DNA of 9,194 nucleotides from a virus (Duplodnaviria; Heunggongvirae; Uroviricota; Caudoviricetes): IMG/VR virus record IMGVR_UViG_2526164630_000024; one strand, 5' to 3'. Shown piece by piece: positions 6,331 to 9,194 of this stretch (position 1 is its first letter; each line of letters starts with the position of its first letter). The notes under the pieces were generated by a model. It saw only the letters and a program-made list of their open reading frames with translations, ran no database searches and was not told where the DNA came from. The position numbers and the translations under genes were made by a program.

Positions 6331-9194
6331 GTGGGTAAAGGGGGCGGCAAGGGGCACACGCCGGTAGAGGCAAAGGACAATCTTAAGTCCACGCAGATGA
6401 TGAGCGTGATTGATGCGATTGGTGAGGGACCGATAGAAGGCCCGGTGAAGGGACTGCAGAGTATCCTGGTGAACAAAACCCCGCTGACGGACACGGACGG
6501 TAATCCCGTGATACACGGTGTGACTGCGGTCTGGCGCGCCGGGGAGCAGGAGCAGACACCACCGGAAGGCTTTGAGTCCTCCGGAGCTGAAACCGCACTG
6601 GGCGTGGAAGTGACGAAGGCAAAGCCGGTGACGCGCACCATTACGTCCGCGAACATTGACCGCCTGCGGGTCACCTTCGGGGTGCAGTCACTGTTGGAGA
6701 CCACCTCAAAGGGCGACCGTAATCCCTCTTCTGTCCGACTGCTGATTCAGTTGCAGCGTAACGGTAACTGGGTGACGGAAAAGGATGTCACCATTAACGG
6801 CAAGACCACCTCGCAGTTCCTGGCGTCGGTGATTCTGGATAATCTGCCGCCCCGGCCCTTTAACATCCGGATGGTCAGGGAGACGGCGGACAGCACCACG
6901 GACCAGCTGCAGAATAAGACGCTGTGGTCGTCATACACCGAAATCATCGATGTGAAACAGTGCTACCCGAACACGGCCATTGTGGGGCTGCAGGTGGATG
7001 CGGAGCAGTTTGGCGGTCAGCAGATGACGGTGAACTACCATATCCGCGGTCGCATCATCCAGGTACCGTCAAACTATGACCCGGAAAAACGCACGTACAG
7101 CGGCATCTGGGACGGCAGCCTGAAACCGGCATACAGCAACAACCCGGCCTGGTGCCTGTGGGACATGCTGACTCACCCGCGCTACGGCATGGGAAAACGT
7201 CTGGGGGCGGCAGACGTGGACAAATGGGCGCTGTATGCCATCGGGCAGTACTGCGACCAGACGGTCCCGATGGTTCGGGGCACAGAGCCGCGGATGTACC
7301 TTTAATGCGTACCTGTCACAACAGCGTAAGGCGTGGGACGTTCTCAGTGATTTCTGCTCGGCGATGCGCTGTATGCCGGTATGGAACGGCCAGACGCTGA
7401 CGTTCGTTCAGGACCGCCCGTCGGATGTGGTGTGGCCGTACACCAACTGCGATGTGGTGGTGGATGATAACGGCGTGGGGTTCCGCTACAGCTTCAGCGC
7501 CCTGAAGGACCGCCACACGGCGGTGGAGGTGAATTACACCGACCCGCAGAACGGCTGGCAGACCTCCACGGAACTGGTGGAAGACCCGGAAGCCATACTG
7601 CGCTACGGGCGCAACCTGCTGAAGATGGATGCGTTCGGTTGCACCAGTCGCGGTCAGGCCCACCGTGCCGGGCTGTGGGTGATAAAGACCGGACTGCTGG
7701 AAACGCAGACGGTGGATTTCACGCTCGGGTCACAGGGGCTGCGTCACACACCCGGTGACATTATTGAAATCTGTGATAACGACTATGCCGGGACCCTGAC
7801 CGGCGGACGTATCCTGTCCATCGATGCCGCCAGCCGCACCCTGACACTGGACCGTGAGGTGACCCTGCCGGAGACAGGTGCCGCCACGGTGAACCTGATT
7901 AACGGCAGCGGTAAGCCGGTGAGCGTGGCCATCACTGCACACCCCGCGCCGGACCGGATACAGGTCAGTACCCTGCCGGATGGCGTGGAGACATACGGTG
8001 TGTGGGGACTCTCCCTGCCGTCACTGCGCCGTCGCCTGTTCCGCTGTGTCTCCATCCGGGAAAACACGGACGGCACCTTTGCCATCACGGCGGTGCAGCA
8101 CGTACCGGAAAAAGAAGCCATCGTGGATAACGGGGCCAGCTTTGAGCCGCAGTCAGGCACCCTGAACAGCGTCATCCCACCGGCAGTGCAGCACCTGACG
8201 GTGGAGGTGAGCGCAGCTGACAGCCAGTATCTGGCACAGGCGAAATGGGACACGCCGCGGGTGGTGAAGGGCGTGCACTTCAGTCTGCGCCTGACCAGCG
8301 GAAGCGGTCAGACAGCCGTCTGGTGACCACCGCCATCACCGCGGATACAGAGCACCGTTTCAGCGGCCTGCCGCCCGGGGAATACACCCTGACGGTCAGG
8401 GCAATTAACAGCTATGGCCAGCAGGGCGAACCCGCCACCACCACCTTCCGGATTAACGCACCAGCAAAACCCGCCACCATTGAACTGACACCGGGCTATT
8501 TTCAGATAACAGCAGTCCCGAAACTGCCATGTATGACCCGACGGTACAGTTTGAGTTCTGGTTTTCGGAGACAAAAATCGCAGACACATCTCAGGTGGAA
8601 ACCTCTGCCCGTTATCTGGGGACCGGCCGTCAGTGGAGTGTATCCGGCCCGCACATTAAGCCCGGGAAGGATTTCTGGTTTTACGTGCGCAGCGTCAACC
8701 TGGTGGGGAAATCTGCTTTTGTGGAAGCCAGTGGCCGGGCCAGCAATGATGCAGAAGGGTATCTGGAACTGTTCCGGGAAAAAATAGGAAAACGCATCTG
8801 GCACAGGCGCTGTGGGAGAGATAGACAACAGCCAGCTGAGGACGAAATGGCGGAAATGAAGACCACCATCACAGAAACCCGCAATGAAATCACACAGACG
8901 GTCAGTAAAACGCTGGAAGACCAGAGCGCCACCATTCAGCAGATACAGCGCGTGCTAGAAGGACACAAATGATGACCTGGCTGCGCTGTACATGCTGAAG
9001 GTTCAAAAAACGAAAGACGGCATTCCCTATGTGGCCGGGATTGGTGCAGGGATTGAGGATACTGATGGCCAGCCACTGAGCAACATACTGCTGCTGGCTG
9101 ACCGTATCGCGATGATAAATCCGGAGAGCGGCAACAGCACGCCGTTATTTGTGGCGCAGGGGAATCAGCTGTTCATGAACGACGTGTTCCTGAA
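6331..9194 (+). pseudogene. J: Tail tip host-specificity protein J (central tail fibre), 3' partial at window edge, reading frame switches at least 5 times
   Basis: GTG at 6331 preceded by AGGAGAGGGGGA. Translation starts VGKGGGKGHTPVEAKDNLKSTQMMSVIDAIGEGPIEGPVKGL, matching lambda gpJ (MGKGSSKGHTPREAKDNLKSTQLLSVIDAISEGPIEGPVDGL). The lambda-J-like sequence then jumps frame at about 7288-7300, 8306-8312, 8520-8530, within 8790-8840 and at 8967-8973, and runs off the window end (...[16 protein letters not shown]). Confidence 0.88.

Noticed and set aside
6250-6516. Minus-strand 88-aa ORF overlapping the J start
   Set aside because: Antisense to the strongly conserved J N-terminus. Shadow ORF.
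1-9194. Defence island, toxin-antitoxin, CRISPR, tRNA, integrase, attachment site or IS element
   Set aside because: I scanned both strands. I found no direct-repeat/spacer periodicity, no tRNA-like cloverleaf candidates, no transposase-like ORF and no terminal inverted repeats. Every substantial ORF is accounted for by lambda-type tail genes.

Overview
This window is the tail-assembly module of a lambda-like (lambdoid siphovirus) prophage, all on the + strand in the canonical order V (3' end) - G - G-T frameshift extension - H (tape measure) - M - L - K - I - J (5' three quarters). Identification rests on translating the sequence and recognising the products as close homologues of phage lambda tail proteins; the lambda sequences were recalled from memory, not searched. 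The composition and the lambda-like proteins suggest an enterobacterial host. Two things stand out. First, V, the T extension, H and J are broken by at least 15 reading-frame switches, while G, M, L, K, I and the first ~960 nt of J are intact; this is either a decaying defective prophage or a set of indel errors in the sequence, and I cannot tell which without reads or a comparator. Second, the I-J gap is ~240 nt here, against roughly 60 nt in lambda as I recall it, and holds a low-GC insert with two strong hairpins and a 39-codon ORF, which is the best candidate for an accessory 'moron' or small RNA locus. I see no tRNA, rRNA, CRISPR array, IS element, integrase, attachment site or recognisable defence system, and nothing I can support as a previously undescribed multi-gene system. 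Minus-strand ORFs in the six-frame track look like shadow ORFs of the + strand genes.
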